A stretch of DNA of 64,000 nt from an uncultured Candidatus Rokubacteria bacterium (lineage in GTDB: Bacteria; Methylomirabilota; Methylomirabilia; Rokubacteriales; CSP1-6), in assembly GCA_963789955.1 (NCBI GenBank), contig CAWBMV010000034.1, forward strand, positions 672,001 to 736,000, written 5' to 3'. This document shows positions 51,399-60,968 of this stretch, one piece after another. A program made the translations under genes and the position numbers. The notes below the pieces were generated by a model. The model was not told the DNA's origin, searched no databases, and worked only from the letters and a program-made list of their open reading frames with translations. Position 1 is the stretch's first letter; each line of letters begins with the position of its first letter.

Positions 51399-52808
51399 CT
51401 GGACCAGCGAATCCTCGAGTTCATCGGCGACCTCCGGCGCGCCGAGATCCGGATCTCGCCGTCGGAAGCGCTCGATGCGCTCGCCGCGAGCGCCGAGGTG
51501 GGGCTCGCCGACCGCGAGACGTTCAAGGCGACGCTCGCGGCCACCCTGATCAAGGAATTCCGCGATCACCCGACCTTCGATCGACTGTTCAACCTGTACT
51601 TCCTCGACCTCGAGGCGCTCGGCGAAGGGCTCAAGAAGGCCCTCGGCCCCGAGGATCCGCGCGTGCAGGACATGCTCGACGAGCTCATGGCGGACGAGAA
51701 CATGGAGCTCGACGAGCTGACCGAGCTGCTCATGCGCGGGCAGGGCAGCGAGATGGAAATGGCCATCCGCTCCGGTGGCCAGAACGCCGGGCTCGAGCGG
51801 CTCATGTACTTCTTGCAGGTCGGCTTCTTCTCGCGCCGGATCTCGGACAAGTTCGACTGGTCGGCCATCGAGGGCGATCTCGAGCGGATCATGAAAGCGC
51901 TCGAGGCGAAAGGGCTCGACCCCGGCCAGCTGGCGCGGATCCGGAACTATCTCGAGCTCCGGCTCGAAGCGTTCAAGCGCATGATCCGCCAGCACGTCGA
52001 GCGCGAGCTGGAGCGGCGCGCGTACCGCCAGGGCGAGAAGCTCACGCGTGAGGTCCTCGCCGACAAGCCGCTCTTCGCCCTGACCCCGGACGAGATCGCG
52101 CAGATGAAGAACGTCGTCGCCCGGCTGGCGCGCAAGATCAAGGACGCGCTGGCGATGCGCCAGCGGCAGGAGCATAAGGGGCGCCTCGATTCGCGGCGGA
52201 CCACGCGCAAGAGCCTGCAGTACGGCGGCGTGCCGATGGAGATCTTCCTCAAGCGCCGGCATCGCGAGAAGCCGCGGCTGATCACGATCTGCGACGTGTC
52301 GGACTCGGTCCGCAACGCCTCGCGCTTCATGCTGCAGCTGGTCTGGAGTCTCCAGGAGTGCTTCAGTCGCGTGCGCTCGTATGTGTTCGTCTCCGAGATC
52401 GCGGAGGTCACCCAGGCGTTCAACACCTATCCGGTCGAGCGCGCCATCGAGTGGGCGCTCAAGGGCGCGCCGGTCGACTACCACTGCCGGTCGGACTTCG
52501 GCTTCGCCTTCAACCAGTTCACGAAGACGGAGCTCGAGTCGCTCGACCGCAAGACGACGATCCTCATGCTCGGCGACGCGCGCAACAACTACAACGATCC
52601 GCAGGCGTGGGCGTTGCGACTCATTCGCGAACGCGTGAAGGGCATCATCTGGCTGAATCCGGAAGGGCAGTGGGGCTGGGGCATCGGCGACAGCGTCATG
52701 CCGCTCTACGCGCCGTCGTGTGACTTCGTTCGCGAGTGTCGAACGATCGGCCAGCTCGGTGAGGTCGTCGACAACCTCGTGCACCACTGGTGGCGTCGAG
52801 GCCGCTAG
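51399..52808 (+). CDS. VWA/CoxE-like protein (apparent CTG start)
   Basis: LDQRILEFIGDLRRAEIRISPSE in frame from 51399; CDVSDS MIDAS, GDARNNY, WLNPE..WG.GDS. Confidence 0.88.
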   Translation: MDQRILEFIGDLRRAEIRISPSEALDALAASAEVGLADRETFKATLAATLIKEFRDHPTFDRLFNLYFLDLEALGEGLKKALGPEDPRVQDMLDELMADENMELDELTELLMRGQGSEMEMAIRSGGQNAGLERLMYFLQVGFFSRRISDKFDWSAIEGDLERIMKALEAKGLDPGQLARIRNYLELRLEAFKRMIRQHVERELERRAYRQGEKLTREVLADKPLFALTPDEIAQMKNVVARLARKIKDALAMRQRQEHKGRLDSRRTTRKSLQYGGVPMEIFLKRRHREKPRLITICDVSDSVRNASRFMLQLVWSLQECFSRVRSYVFVSEIAEVTQAFNTYPVERAIEWALKGAPVDYHCRSDFGFAFNQFTKTELESLDRKTTILMLGDARNNYNDPQAWALRLIRERVKGIIWLNPEGQWGWGIGDSVMPLYAPSCDFVRECRTIGQLGEVVDNLVHHWWRRGR

Positions 52809-52972
52809 CTCGAATCGAGCCAGCCCGAGATCAGTTCGTCGCCACTGGCCGTCTTTTTCCGGTTTTTCCGCTGACGAATTTCGCCAGTTCCTGCCGTTCA
52901 GTCGCGCCGATTTGACTCACGTACGCGGCTAAGTCCGCGTGTATGCCCCGATTCGGACGCGCTTCTCCTCGG

Positions 52973-52988
52973 TGGCATCGTCACTGCA
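52973..52988 (+). promoter_or_regulatory. Putative sigma54 -24/-12 promoter TGGCAT-N5-CTGCA
   Basis: GG-N10-GC spacing exact, just upstream of the surface-protein gene. Confidence 0.45.
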
Positions 52989-53001
52989 CTACGAGAGCGG
53001 C

Positions 53002-55353
53002 ATGAAGACTAAGTGCCCGCTCCCCAAGAGATTTTCCGGAACGCGACGCGTTTCCGGAATGCTGCTCAGCGTTCTGGCGCTGATGCTGATCGCGGCGACG
53101 GCCGCGGTGGCGGCGCCGTTCGCGTACATCTCGAACTTCGGTTCGGGGACCGTGTCGGTCATCGACGCGGGATCGGCGGCGTCGTGTGCGGGGACCGGGC
53201 AGGTGCCGCCGCCGCCTTGTGTCGTCGCGACGGTGCCGGTCGGGGCATTCCCCGGCGGCGTCGCGGTGAATCCGGCGGGCACGCTTGTCTACGTCGCCAA
53301 CCAGGACGACGGGACGGTGTCGGTGATTCGCACCTCGGACAACACCGTCGTGGGCGGCCCGATACCGGTCGGCGTGCAGCCGTGGGGTGTGGCGGTCAGC
53401 GCTGACAACTCGCTGGTCTACGTCGGCCTCGGGAACGGTGCCGTCGCGGTGATCGAAGCCAACAACGGCAACAACGTGAGCCAGATCCCCAATGTGGGCG
53501 GGTTGCTGAACGGCATTCTCTCGGTCGGCTCGCGCGTGTACGTGAGCGACGCCACGGCCGGCCAGGTCGTGGTGCTCCAGGGCACCAGCGTGATCGCGCG
53601 GGTCGACATCGGCTCGCCGCCCAATTCGCTTCCGATGGGGCTCGTCGCGAATCTCACGGGGACGCGCGTGTACGTGGTCGATCTCTTCCTCGATCCCATG
53701 TCGTTGGACTCGGTGCTGGAAGTCTCGGCGATCGATACCACGTCGAATCCGATCTCGCTCGCGGGAACGATCACGGTCGATCCTTCGACGATGGCCACGC
53801 CGGGCGGCATCGCCTTGAGCCCGGACGGCAGCAAGCTGTACCTCACGAGCGATGCCATCGATCGTCTCCACATCGTCACCTTGTCGAACGGGAACGTCGT
53901 GTCCGTCCGCACGGGTGATTCCCCGGTGGGTGTCGCGACCGATCCCGACGGCCGCATCTACGTCGGCAATGCCGGAGCGGGGACCGTGAGCGTGTTCGAT
54001 CCGACGTTCAATCCAGCCACCGGGCTGCCCGCCCCGAAGGCCGTTAAGGTCGGTGCGACTCCGTTCGTGTTCGGGGCGTTTACCACCGCCGGCCCGCCGC
54101 CCCCGCCCCCGCCGGCGCAGTTCGTCCTGAGCTTGTCGACGGTCGGCTTGGGGACGATCACGGCCAATCCGCTGCCGGTATCGGGGACCTATACCGACGG
54201 CACCGTCGTGACCCTGACGCCTAACCCGTCCACGAACTACCAGTTCACCGGCTGGGCCGGCGCCTGTACGGGGAGCGGCTCCTGCGTCGTGACGATGAAC
54301 GCAGCCAAGAGCGTGACAGCGACGTTCACCCTGAAGCAGTTCGTTCTGTCGATCGGAACGGTTGGCAACGGGACCGTTTCGGCCAGCCCGCTGCCGGTGG
54401 GTGGGACGTATGGCGCCGGCACCGTCGTGACCCTCACGGCCAACCCGGCTACGAACTACCAGTTCAGCGGCTGGTCCGGCGCCTGTTCGGGCAGCAGCTG
54501 CATCCTGACGATGGACGCGACCAAGAGCGTGACCGCGACGTTCACCTTGAAGCAGTTCGCGCTGACCTTGACGACGGTCGGAAACGGGTCGATCACGGCC
54601 ACCCCGGCGCCGGTGGGTGGGACGTACGGCGCTGGCACTGCGGTGGCCCTCACGGCCGTGCCGGGCGCAGGCTCTCAACTCAGCGGCTGGTCCGGCGCCT
54701 GCACGGGGACCGGTGCCTGCAACGTGACGATGGACGCGGCCAAGAGTGTGACCGCGACCTTCACGGCGGTGCCGCCTCCGCCGCCGGCGCAGTTCATACT
54801 CACGTTGACGACGGTCGGTGACGGAGCGATCACGCCCCAGCCCGGGCCTGTGGCGCCGGCAGTCAACGGGGCGAGCACCGCCCTGGCGGCCCCGGTGTCG
54901 GGTAAGTACAACGCCGGGACGGTCGTAACTCTCACGCCCACCCCGGCCGCCGGGTTCAAACTCAGCGGTTGGTCGGGCGCCTGCACGGGCACCAGCGGCT
55001 GCAGTGTGACGATGAACGCGGCCAAGAGTGTGACCGCGACCTTCGTCGCCCTGGCGCCGACGACGTGTGACGACAAGATCGTCGACCTTCAGAAGAAGGT
55101 GGCGGCCTTCAAGCACCCTTGGTGGCACGACCAGCAGCTGAAGGTGGCGCTCAAGATGTACGCGGAGAGCCTCGCCGAGCTCAATCGCGCCAAGGCGAAG
55201 GTGGCGAGCAGTGACAAGCGGTACGTCCACGCCAAGAAGGAGTTCGACAACGGCAAGGCTGCGCTCTGCCTCGGCCATTACTGGCGCGCCGACCACGAGT
55301 TCTGGGAGACGTTCGTGATCGCGCACGAGATCCTCAAGCACAACCGGCGCTAA
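53002..55353 (+). CDS. Secreted YVTN/YncE beta-propeller + 4 divergent InlB B-repeats + unknown helical C-terminal domain
   Basis: Signal peptide; YISN.GSGTVSVID, PVG.FP.GVAV repeats; four GTVVTLT.P.....F.GWSGAC.G...C.VTM.AAKSVTATF units; start may be 53059. Confidence 0.85.
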   Translation: MKTKCPLPKRFSGTRRVSGMLLSVLALMLIAATAAVAAPFAYISNFGSGTVSVIDAGSAASCAGTGQVPPPPCVVATVPVGAFPGGVAVNPAGTLVYVANQDDGTVSVIRTSDNTVVGGPIPVGVQPWGVAVSADNSLVYVGLGNGAVAVIEANNGNNVSQIPNVGGLLNGILSVGSRVYVSDATAGQVVVLQGTSVIARVDIGSPPNSLPMGLVANLTGTRVYVVDLFLDPMSLDSVLEVSAIDTTSNPISLAGTITVDPSTMATPGGIALSPDGSKLYLTSDAIDRLHIVTLSNGNVVSVRTGDSPVGVATDPDGRIYVGNAGAGTVSVFDPTFNPATGLPAPKAVKVGATPFVFGAFTTAGPPPPPPPAQFVLSLSTVGLGTITANPLPVSGTYTDGTVVTLTPNPSTNYQFTGWAGACTGSGSCVVTMNAAKSVTATFTLKQFVLSIGTVGNGTVSASPLPVGGTYGAGTVVTLTANPATNYQFSGWSGACSGSSCILTMDATKSVTATFTLKQFALTLTTVGNGSITATPAPVGGTYGAGTAVALTAVPGAGSQLSGWSGACTGTGACNVTMDAAKSVTATFTAVPPPPPAQFILTLTTVGDGAITPQPGPVAPAVNGASTALAAPVSGKYNAGTVVTLTPTPAAGFKLSGWSGACTGTSGCSVTMNAAKSVTATFVALAPTTCDDKIVDLQKKVAAFKHPWWHDQQLKVALKMYAESLAELNRAKAKVASSDKRYVHAKKEFDNGKAALCLGHYWRADHEFWETFVIAHEILKHNRR
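54118..55047 (+). repeat. Four coding repeats of about 210-270 bp (InlB B-repeat-like)
   Basis: Recurrent GGCTGG.CCGGCGCCTG and CCAAGAG.GTGAC.GCGAC.TTC. Confidence 0.85.
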
Positions 55354-55399
55354 CCGCCCCGGTACTCTCTCAGGGGTCGGCGTGTGCTAGCCTTCAGGC

Positions 55400-56131
55400 A
55401 TGGCACACGCCGACCCCGCGCCGTTTCACGACGGCCCCGCCGCCCGGCGGGTCGGAGCGCGATCCATCAGCCTACCGACCCTGATCGCGACTTGCCTCGT
55501 GCTCGCCGCTCTACCCGGTCGTCCCGAGGCCCAGTCCGACTGCCGCCCCATCGAGGACTTCTCGAAGGCCAAGGTCGGTGAGCTGCCGCCCGACTGGAAG
55601 CTCCGAAAGGACTCCGCCAAGGACGTGTATCGGGTCGCGGAGGAGTCGGGCATCAAGTTCCTGCACGCCGCCGCCAAGGGGCTCGGTGTCCAGGCCGCGA
55701 GAGAGTATGAGTGGGACCTCGGCACCTATCCGATGCTCGTGTGGTCCTGGCGGCCGCTCGAGTTTCCGAAAGGCGGGGACGAGCGCGACTCGAAGGCGAA
55801 CGACAGCGCCCTGGCGGTGTACCTGCTCGTGCCCTACTCGCGCATCAGAGGGCCGAAGGCGGTCAAATACATCTGGAGCGAGAAGGCCCCTGCCGGGACG
55901 AAGCTCGAGTCGAACATGGGCCTCACACAGGTCCGGGTGCTCCGGAGCGGCGCGCCGGAGAAAAAGGGTGAGTGGGTCGAGGAGCGGGTGAACGTGCTGG
56001 AAGACTACAAGAAGTACTTCGACGTGAAAGAGACGCCCAAGCCTGCCGGTATCGCGGTGCTGACCGACTCCGACGACACGAATTCCTCGGCACAAGGAGA
56101 CTACGCGAACTTCAGGGTCTGTCGCCAGTAG
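55400..56131 (+). CDS. DUF3047 family exported protein
   Basis: P.L.WSWR, DD/DS.ALAVY, KYIWS, WVEERVNVLEDYKKYF, IAVLTDSDDT. Confidence 0.82.
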   Translation: MAHADPAPFHDGPAARRVGARSISLPTLIATCLVLAALPGRPEAQSDCRPIEDFSKAKVGELPPDWKLRKDSAKDVYRVAEESGIKFLHAAAKGLGVQAAREYEWDLGTYPMLVWSWRPLEFPKGGDERDSKANDSALAVYLLVPYSRIRGPKAVKYIWSEKAPAGTKLESNMGLTQVRVLRSGAPEKKGEWVEERVNVLEDYKKYFDVKETPKPAGIAVLTDSDDTNSSAQGDYANFRVCRQ

Positions 56132-56134
56132 GCG

Positions 56135-56827
56135 ATGGCCCGCGAGGTTCTCGTAGTCGAAGACGAGCCGGATATCCGCCGGCTCGTCGTCCTGCACCTC
56201 GAGCGCGAGGGCTTCCGCTGCCGAACCGCCACCACCGGATCCGACGCGCTCCGTGAAGTGAAGGCGGCGGTTCCCGATCTGGTGGTCCTGGATCTCATGC
56301 TCCCCGAGGTCGACGGCCTGGAGGTGTGCCGCCGGCTGCGGCGCGATACGAGCACGGCGGCGATCCCGATCATCATGCTCACCGCCAAGTCCGACGAGGT
56401 CGACCGGATCGTCGGGCTCGAGATCGGGGCCGACGATTACATCGGCAAGCCGTTTTCTCCGAAAGAGCTCGTCGCGCGCGTCCGGGCGGTGCTGCGGCGC
56501 TCGCAGCCGAACCAGGCGACGCCGGTACTCACGGGGGGGCCGATCACGCTCGACGCGGCCCGCCACGCCGTGAGCTTGAACGGCCAGGCCATCGTCCTGA
56601 CGCCGAAGGAGTTCGACCTCCTCCAGGCGCTCCTCGAAGCGGCCGGCCGCGTGCTCTCGCGCGAGTTCCTCCTCAACCGCGTATGGGGTTACGCCCGCGC
56701 CGACGTGATCGAGTCGCGCACCGTCGACGTGCACGTCCGGCGCCTGCGCGCGAAGCTCGGCGATGCCGGGAGCCGGATCGCGACGGTCAAGTCGATCGGC
56801 TATCGCTTCGAGACTGATCCGCCATGA
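56135..56827 (+). CDS. phoB: PhoB/PhoP-type response regulator
   Basis: VVEDE, LDLMLP, IIMLTAK, GADDYI.KPFS, LTPKEFDLL, SRTVDVHVRRLRAKL; adjacent to PhoR and PhoA. Confidence 0.85.
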   Translation: MAREVLVVEDEPDIRRLVVLHLEREGFRCRTATTGSDALREVKAAVPDLVVLDLMLPEVDGLEVCRRLRRDTSTAAIPIIMLTAKSDEVDRIVGLEIGADDYIGKPFSPKELVARVRAVLRRSQPNQATPVLTGGPITLDAARHAVSLNGQAIVLTPKEFDLLQALLEAAGRVLSREFLLNRVWGYARADVIESRTVDVHVRRLRAKLGDAGSRIATVKSIGYRFETDPP

Positions 56828-58667
56828 TGCAGGCGTTCGTTCACTTCCTCCGCCGCAGCATCGCCCGCAAGCTCACGTTGACGCTCGTCGGCTTCGTCGC
56901 CGTCACCATGGTGGTGGCCGGCCTGTGCCTGAACCGCGCCCTCGAGGCATTCGCGGTGGACACGCTCGAGGCCCGCCTGGCCAGCACCGGGCGGCTCCTG
57001 CACGACGAGGCCCGCACGCTCGTGACGCGGCCCGCCTCGCCCGACGATTTCCATGCCTTCGCGGTGCGCGGCTCGCGGCCGACCGCCTCGCGGATCACCG
57101 TGATCGCCGCCGACGGCCGCGTGCTGGGGGATTCCGAGGTGCCCGTCGACGATCTGCCGCGCGTCGAAAACCACGGCCAGCGGCCGGAAGTGCTGGCGGC
57201 CTTCGCGGGCGGTGTCGGGCGCGACCGGAGGACCAGCGCGACGATCGGCGCGTCGCTCCTGTACGTCGCGCTCCCGATCGTCGACGGCGGGAAGGTGATC
57301 GGCGTGATCCGGGTGGCCCTGCCGGTGTCGGCGGTGACGTCGTCGTACGCGGCGATCCATCGGGTGATGCTCCTCGGAGGCCTGGTCGCGCTCGTCGTCG
57401 CGTTCGGGATCGGTCTCTTCGTGGCCCGGCGCGTGACCGAGCCGGTCGTGCAGATGCAGGCGATCGCCCATCAGATGAGCGAGGGCGATTTCACGGTGCG
57501 GGCGCCGATCCGCTCGCCGGACGAGATCGGCGCGCTCGGACGAGCGCTCAACGGCTTGGCCGCGCGGCTGCGGGAGAAGATCCACGACCTCGGGCACGAG
57601 CAGGCGAAGGCGACGGCGATCCTGGACGGCATGATCGAGGGCGTGATCGCGGTCGACGGGCGCGACGTCATCTTGCTGCTGAACGAGCGGGCGCGGTCGA
57701 TGTTCGGCCTCGACGCGACGCGCGGCGAGGGCAAGCCGTTCCTCGAAGTCATCCGGAACACGGAGCTGCACGAGGCGTTTCGCGAAGGCCGTGCGGCCGG
57801 CGAGGGCAACGTCTCGAATCGCGAGGTCAGGCTCGTGAGCCCGGTCGACCGGCGCGTGCAGGTGAACGCGGTGCCGCTGCGTCTGGGCGGCAACGAGATC
57901 GGCGTCGTCATGGTGCTCCACGACGTCACCGAGCTCCGGCGGCTGGAGCAGGTCCGCACGGAGTTCGTCGCCAACGTCTCGCACGAGCTGCGGACGCCGC
58001 TGACGGCGATCCAGGGCTATCTCGAAACGCTCCTCACCGGCGCGCTCGAAGAGCAGGAGAACGCCCGGCGGTTCCTGGAGATCGTGTTCCGCCACACCGA
58101 GCGGCTGGGCCGGCTGCTCAATGACCTGACCGATCTCTCGAACATCGAGCTGGGCCGCGTGTCGTTGAAGCTCGCGCCGACCCGGCTCGACGAGGCGGTC
58201 GACGCGGTGCTGGCGATCATGAGCGCCAAGGCGAAGAGCGGCAACGTCGCGCTGCGCAGCCAGGTCCCGCGCGAGCTGCCGCCGGTGCTGGCGGACCGCG
58301 ATCGGCTCGTTCAGATCCTGATCAATCTGGTCGACAACGCGATCAAGTACACTCCCGAGACGGCGGTCGCGTGACGGTTCGCGTCGAGGAGCCGGCCCAG
58401 GGCCACATCGAGATCGACGTGGTCGACACCGGCATCGGGATCCCGCCGGCTGACCTGCCGAGGATCACCGAGCGGTTCTATCGGGTCGACAAGGCGCGCT
58501 CGCGCGAGCTCGGTGGCACCGGGCTGGGGCTCGCGATCGTCAAGCATCTCGTGTTCGCGCACAACGGGCTCTTGCGTATCGAGAGCGAGCCGGGCCGCGG
58601 CACGACCGTGCGCGTGTGGCTCTCCTGCGCGGACGGCGCCGAGGCGAGGTCGACGCTCGAGGTGTAG
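56824..58667 (+). CDS. phoR: PhoR-type sensor kinase, HAMP-PAS-HisKA-HATPase (frameshift near 58360)
   Basis: ENHGQRPEV, EFVANVSHELRTPLT.IQGY.ETL, NLVDNAIKY, DTGIGI, RFYRVDKARSRELGGTGLGLAIVKH. Confidence 0.87.
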
Positions 58668-58674
58668 AGCGACC

Positions 58675-59160
58675 TTACGACCGGCCGGGCGCGGTGTCCC
58701 AGCCGAAGAAGTCGCGCGCCCACACGAACGTCCCCACGCCGGCCGCCATCGCCGCGTCGCGATCCTTCGCGGAGTCGCCGACGTGGGTCGAAGCGCTCAA
58801 GGCCACGTCGTGGAGGCGAGCCAGCTCGCGGAACATCCCCGGCTTGGGCTTGCGGCAGTCACAACCGTCGGCGTCCGTGTGCGGACACAGCCGCCATCCG
58901 GTGAACGGTCCTCCGAGCTGCTCGTTGGCCCATGCGAATCGCTTCGTCACCTCGGCCTCGGAAATCTCGCCCGTCGAGATCCGCGCCTGATTCGACACGA
59001 TGAAGCAGACGTCGAAGCGAGGACGCTCGCGGGCGAGCGTCGCCACGACGTTGTCCATGAGCACGGGGTGACCCGCTTCATCCACGACCGTCCGGCTGTG
59101 TCTGGTGAGGGCGAGCGTGCCGCCCCAGTCGATGAACAGCGCACGCTGCGAGCGCGACAT
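58675..59160 (-). CDS. HAD-IIIA (GmhB/HisB-N-like) phosphatase family protein
   Basis: FIDWGGTL, VSNQ, CPH..ADGCDCRKPKPGM, VGDS.KD..AA..AG. Confidence 0.82.
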   Translation of the reverse strand: MSRSQRALFIDWGGTLALTRHSRTVVDEAGHPVLMDNVVATLARERPRFDVCFIVSNQARISTGEISEAEVTKRFAWANEQLGGPFTGWRLCPHTDADGCDCRKPKPGMFRELARLHDVALSASTHVGDSAKDRDAAMAAGVGTFVWARDFFGWDTAPGRS

Positions 59161-59354
59161 CGCGCGACCGTAGCATGCCGCCGATCGCCGTCGCCACATA
59201 TTTGCCGAAACTTCATGGTATCGACACACGACCTGACCCTAGGCTCACGTCATGCCCGTGTCGCCGTCGCCCGTCCTCGACCGATCGAAGTGGCACGAGC
59301 TCGTCTAGCGACCGCCGAACACTCGTAAATCCCCGCCGCACCGGGCGCGTGGCC

Positions 59355-59394
59355 CGTCACTGAAACTTCACGCGGAGAGTGATAGACCGTTCAC
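59355..59394 (+). promoter_or_regulatory. Putative Pho-box-like direct repeats upstream of the PHP operon
   Basis: CGTCAC (59355), CTTCAC (59366), GTTCAC (59389); spacings 11 and 23 nt. Confidence 0.45.
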
Positions 59395-59418
59395 ACTCCG
59401 CCGCCAGACTCGTCTGCA

Positions 59419-60156
59419 ATGAGAACCAGTACGTACGGTCGCGCCGACCTGCACGTGCACACGCTGTGGAGCGACGGCGCCCAGCGTCCCGAGGCGATCG
59501 TGGAAGCCGCCCACGATCGTCAGGTCGACGTGGTGGCCATCACCGACCACGACGAGATCCGCGGGGCGCTGCGCGCGCGCGACTGGGCGCGCGAACATCC
59601 CGAGCTCGGCGTCGACGTCGTCGTCGGTGAAGAGATCAGCACGCTCAACGGCCACCTCCTCGGCCTGTTCCTCGAGGAGTGCGTGCCGCCCGGCCTCAGC
59701 GCGCTCGACACGATCGGCGAGATCCACGCGCAGGGCGGCCTCGCGGTCGCCGCCCACCCGTTTCATCCGCTCCGGGGTGTGAGCCGCGGCCACGTCTCGA
59801 TCGGGCGGATGATTCGCGATCTGCCGCTCGACGCGATCGAGGCGGTGAACAACGCCGGCGTGTTCTCGGCGCCCTACAACGCGTGGGCGGCGCTGCGCAA
59901 CCTGGAGCTCATGCTGCCGGTGACCGCCGGCAGCGACGCCCACGACGTCTGGTACGTCGGCAGCGCGGTCACCCGCTTCGAGGGACACGACTCGGCGGCG
60001 CTGCGCCGGGCCCTTCTGGCCGGCCGCACGCGCGCCCACGTCGACTGGTCGTGGACCGTCGGCAAGCTCCCCTTTCATCTGGCCGTGCAGGTCCGTGCCG
60101 CCTATCGATTTCTCCGGCGCGATCGGCAACGCATCAGCGTGGGAACTCTGCCGTGA
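59419..60156 (+). CDS. PHP-family metal-dependent phosphoesterase
   Basis: ADLHVHTLWSDG, AITDHD, GEEIST..GH, AAHPF, AGSDAH. Confidence 0.9.
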   Translation: MRTSTYGRADLHVHTLWSDGAQRPEAIVEAAHDRQVDVVAITDHDEIRGALRARDWAREHPELGVDVVVGEEISTLNGHLLGLFLEECVPPGLSALDTIGEIHAQGGLAVAAHPFHPLRGVSRGHVSIGRMIRDLPLDAIEAVNNAGVFSAPYNAWAALRNLELMLPVTAGSDAHDVWYVGSAVTRFEGHDSAALRRALLAGRTRAHVDWSWTVGKLPFHLAVQVRAAYRFLRRDRQRISVGTLP

Positions 60157-60184
60157 CGAGGCAGCGCTCTATGAGGAGGCCGAT

Positions 60185-60968
60185 ATGAGTACGCCAACCC
60201 ATACGCGATTTCGCTGGCTGGAGCGTGGCGTGGGCGAGCCCGTGCTGCTGCTGCACGGGCTGCTGGGCGAGATGGACCAGTGGGAGTCCACGCTCGAGAG
60301 CGCTGGGTCCGTTTCGCCGGCCGATCGCGCTCGAGCTGCCGATCTTCGATCCCGACCTGACCGAGGTGTCGGTGCCGGCTCTGGCCAGCTATGTGCGCCG
60401 CTTCATGGAAGCGATCGAGCTGCCGCCCGCGATCGTCTGCGGCAACTCACTCGGCGGCCACGTCGCGCTCGAGCTGGCGCTGTCGTGCCCGGGATGGGTC
60501 GACGGGCTGATTCTCACCGGCTCGTCCGGGCTGTTCGAGCGGACCTTCACGAGCCACGTGCCGCACGTGCCGACCCGCGCCTACGTGCGCGAGCGGATGG
60601 AAGAGATCTTCTACGATCCGAGCCTGGTCACGCCCGAGTGGGTGGAATCGATCCGCCGCATCGTCACCACGCGCCGCACCGCGCTGCGGGTACTTCAGGT
60701 GGCCCGCGCGGCCAAGCGCCACAATGTCGAGGAGCGGCTGAGCCAGATCCGTGTCCCGACCCTGCTCGTGTGGGGCAAGGACGACCGCATCACGCCGAGC
60801 GACGTCGCCGAGCGTTTCCACGCGCGCATCCGGGGCTCGCAGCTCGTGTACCTGCCCAACTGCGGCCACGCGCCGATGCTCGAGCGACCGGAGGCGTTCA
60901 ACGCGGCGGTCGGCGACTGGCTCGTCGAGACCCGTGCCCGCCGCGCGCTCCTCGGAGAACGCTCGTGA
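60185..60968 (+). CDS. Alpha/beta hydrolase (frameshift near 60300)
   Basis: LLHGLLG, GNSLGG nucleophile, LTGSSGLFE, WGKDD.ITP, CGHAPM; RBS GAGGAGG. Confidence 0.87.

Noticed and set aside
51399..51401. CTG start codon as a regulatory feature (also in cpoB)
   Set aside because: Cannot be distinguished from a base-call error in this error-rich sequence
50486..52808. CoxD/CoxE pair as evidence of CO oxidation
   Set aside because: No coxLMS nearby; MoxR-VWA chaperone pairs are generic
54118..55047. Direct repeats as a possible CRISPR array or DGR
   Set aside because: In-frame protein domain repeats with synonymous divergence; no spacers, cas or reverse transcriptase genes
52981..55341. Long antisense ORFs here and elsewhere (e.g. 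3442-5769, 39661-41736, 62626-63966)
   Set aside because: Shadow ORFs expected from high GC3 codon bias; no motifs
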